Positions 62,826 to 64,000 of a DNA stretch of 64,000 bases are shown piece after piece. Source of the stretch: Perna viridis (taxonomy: Eukaryota); the NCBI GenBank assembly GCA_037379345.1, contig CM074519.1:36792103-36856102 (forward strand), written 5' to 3'. The notes under the pieces were generated by a model that was given only the letters and a program-made list of their open reading frames with translations, ran no database searches and had not been told where the DNA came from. Every line of letters starts with the position of its first letter. The stretch's first letter is position 1. A program made the translations under genes and the position numbers.

Positions 62826-64000
62826 ATGGAACAAAAGCAACACTGTCAACCGTGTAAACGTTGTGACAATATTGTTACGCCTGCAGTTATTTGGTGTAGT
62901 AACTGTTTTGAGGCCCTCTGTCGCACTTGTGCCGATACCCACAAACGGTTCAAGATCACTGAGCTGAGAAGAAACATAAGGGAAACAGATTTCTTAAATG
63001 AACAAATGAGCAATAGCGTGTTCTGCAGTGTGCACAAGGACAAGCCAGTTGAGACTGTTTGTTTTGACCATGGTGTTATTTGTTGCGTTTCATGTATAAC
63101 TAAAAGCCATAGAAAATGTATGAATGTCCTTTGTTTTGATGATATGGAGGAAATAAAATCTGAAAATATTGAAAATCTACGTATATACATTAATAATATT
63201 ACTCAACTGGCACGTAGAATGAATGACCGCATTTTGAAAAATAGGATATCCTCGGGAAAATCCATAAAGACATTCTGCAAAAGAGCGCAGGCATTTGCAG
63301 TTGAAATAAAGAAAAAAATCGACGATGCTTGCGAAAGAGCAAACTATATCCAGAATGTGCTTGAGAACGATTTGGATAGAGCATCATATGAATTAGACAA
63401 GGTTTCTTATGTATCAGAAAGCTTATACCCAAACCTGAAAACCACACTGGAATATGGTTCTAAATTGAAGATATTTGAAAAGGTTACGCAGTTAAAACAA
63501 GAGTCGTTAGAGCTGGAAAAAAGACTTCGAGTAATTTTAGACAATGAAGTTTTAATTTCATATTATATGGGAAATGCTGAATCATTTAATATGAAAAACA
63601 ACTTAGGTGAGGTAAAATTTGTTATTCAATCAATGGAAATTGAAAAGGAAACTTATCTCGGAAGCCTCTCAAGATGCTATGGTATGAAACCGTTTTTGTT
63701 TGAATCGCTTAACATGAAGTTGAAATTAGAAAGAACTCTCCAAATGAAAGGTGATAAAATTCTTGATTGCGTGCACTTAAATCCTGATATTTTAGCCGTG
63801 TTGTATCCTAGAACAGTTTCCTTGGTCAACATAAGGAATGGCAGGAGTATCAGCGTATTCAATAATCCACAATTCACCATGGCAAAACGAATATGTAACG
63901 ATACATATAATTCTACACTGTATGTAGCCTGCCATGCCGGGATTGTTTGGAGATTACCTACAAATGGCTATCAATTTGAAGATTCTTGGATCAGATATAA
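62826..64000 (+). CDS. RING-less B-box (TRIM-like) protein, 5' part; ORF runs off the window end
   Basis: MEQKQHCQPC...WCSNCFEALCRTCADTH (B-box 1), CSVHKDKPVETVCFDHGVICCVSCITKSHRKC (B-box 2), coiled coil, then a probable beta-propeller start. Open for 391 codons. Confidence 0.88.
   Translation, partial: MEQKQHCQPCKRCDNIVTPAVIWCSNCFEALCRTCADTHKRFKITELRRNIRETDFLNEQMSNSVFCSVHKDKPVETVCFDHGVICCVSCITKSHRKCMNVLCFDDMEEIKSENIENLRIYINNITQLARRMNDRILKNRISSGKSIKTFCKRAQAFAVEIKKKIDDACERANYIQNVLENDLDRASYELDKVSYVSESLYPNLKTTLEYGSKLKIFEKVTQLKQESLELEKRLRVILDNEVLISYYMGNAESFNMKNNLGEVKFVIQSMEIEKETYLGSLSRCYGMKPFLFESLNMKLKLERTLQMKGDKILDCVHLNPDILAVLYPRTVSLVNIRNGRSISVFNNPQFTMAKRICNDTYNSTLYVACHAGIVWRLPTNGYQFEDSWIRY

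Overview
AT-rich metazoan genomic DNA, most likely a bivalve mollusc (mytilid-like repeats and gene families). Most real genes are spliced and so are missed or mis-framed by the ORF track. Left part (1-26.2 kb): a minus-strand surface/immune gene cluster. It holds a 6-exon MS4A/CD20-like tetraspan gene whose ~210-aa C-terminal tail carries two canonically spaced ITAM-like motifs plus further YxxL/I motifs, two tandem copies of a small EMI/EGF (MEGF10/SCARF/CED-1-like) single-pass receptor in a ~7.6-kb duplication, a 3-exon chitin-binding type-2 protein and an intronless orphan rhodopsin-type GPCR. Middle (29.6-55.9 kb): nested mobile elements. A decayed Gmr1-order gypsy element (PR-INT-RT-RH) is split inside RT by a 20.8-kb Maverick/Polinton (33742-54562; 6-bp TSD TACTGC; ACTACT...AGTAGT termini; unusually long 2.5-2.9-kb gene-containing TIRs). 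The Maverick encodes an intron-containing protein-primed PolB, a packaging ATPase, a PC4-like gene and a spliced mucin-stalk membrane-protein cargo. No integrase, capsid or protease is recognisable. It is itself invaded by two SINEs, a Helentron-type element and a near-intact LINE. Right part: a decayed RTE-X-like LINE and the start of a RING-less B-box/TRIM-like gene. All gene models come from manual splice-phase reconstruction; no database searches were run.
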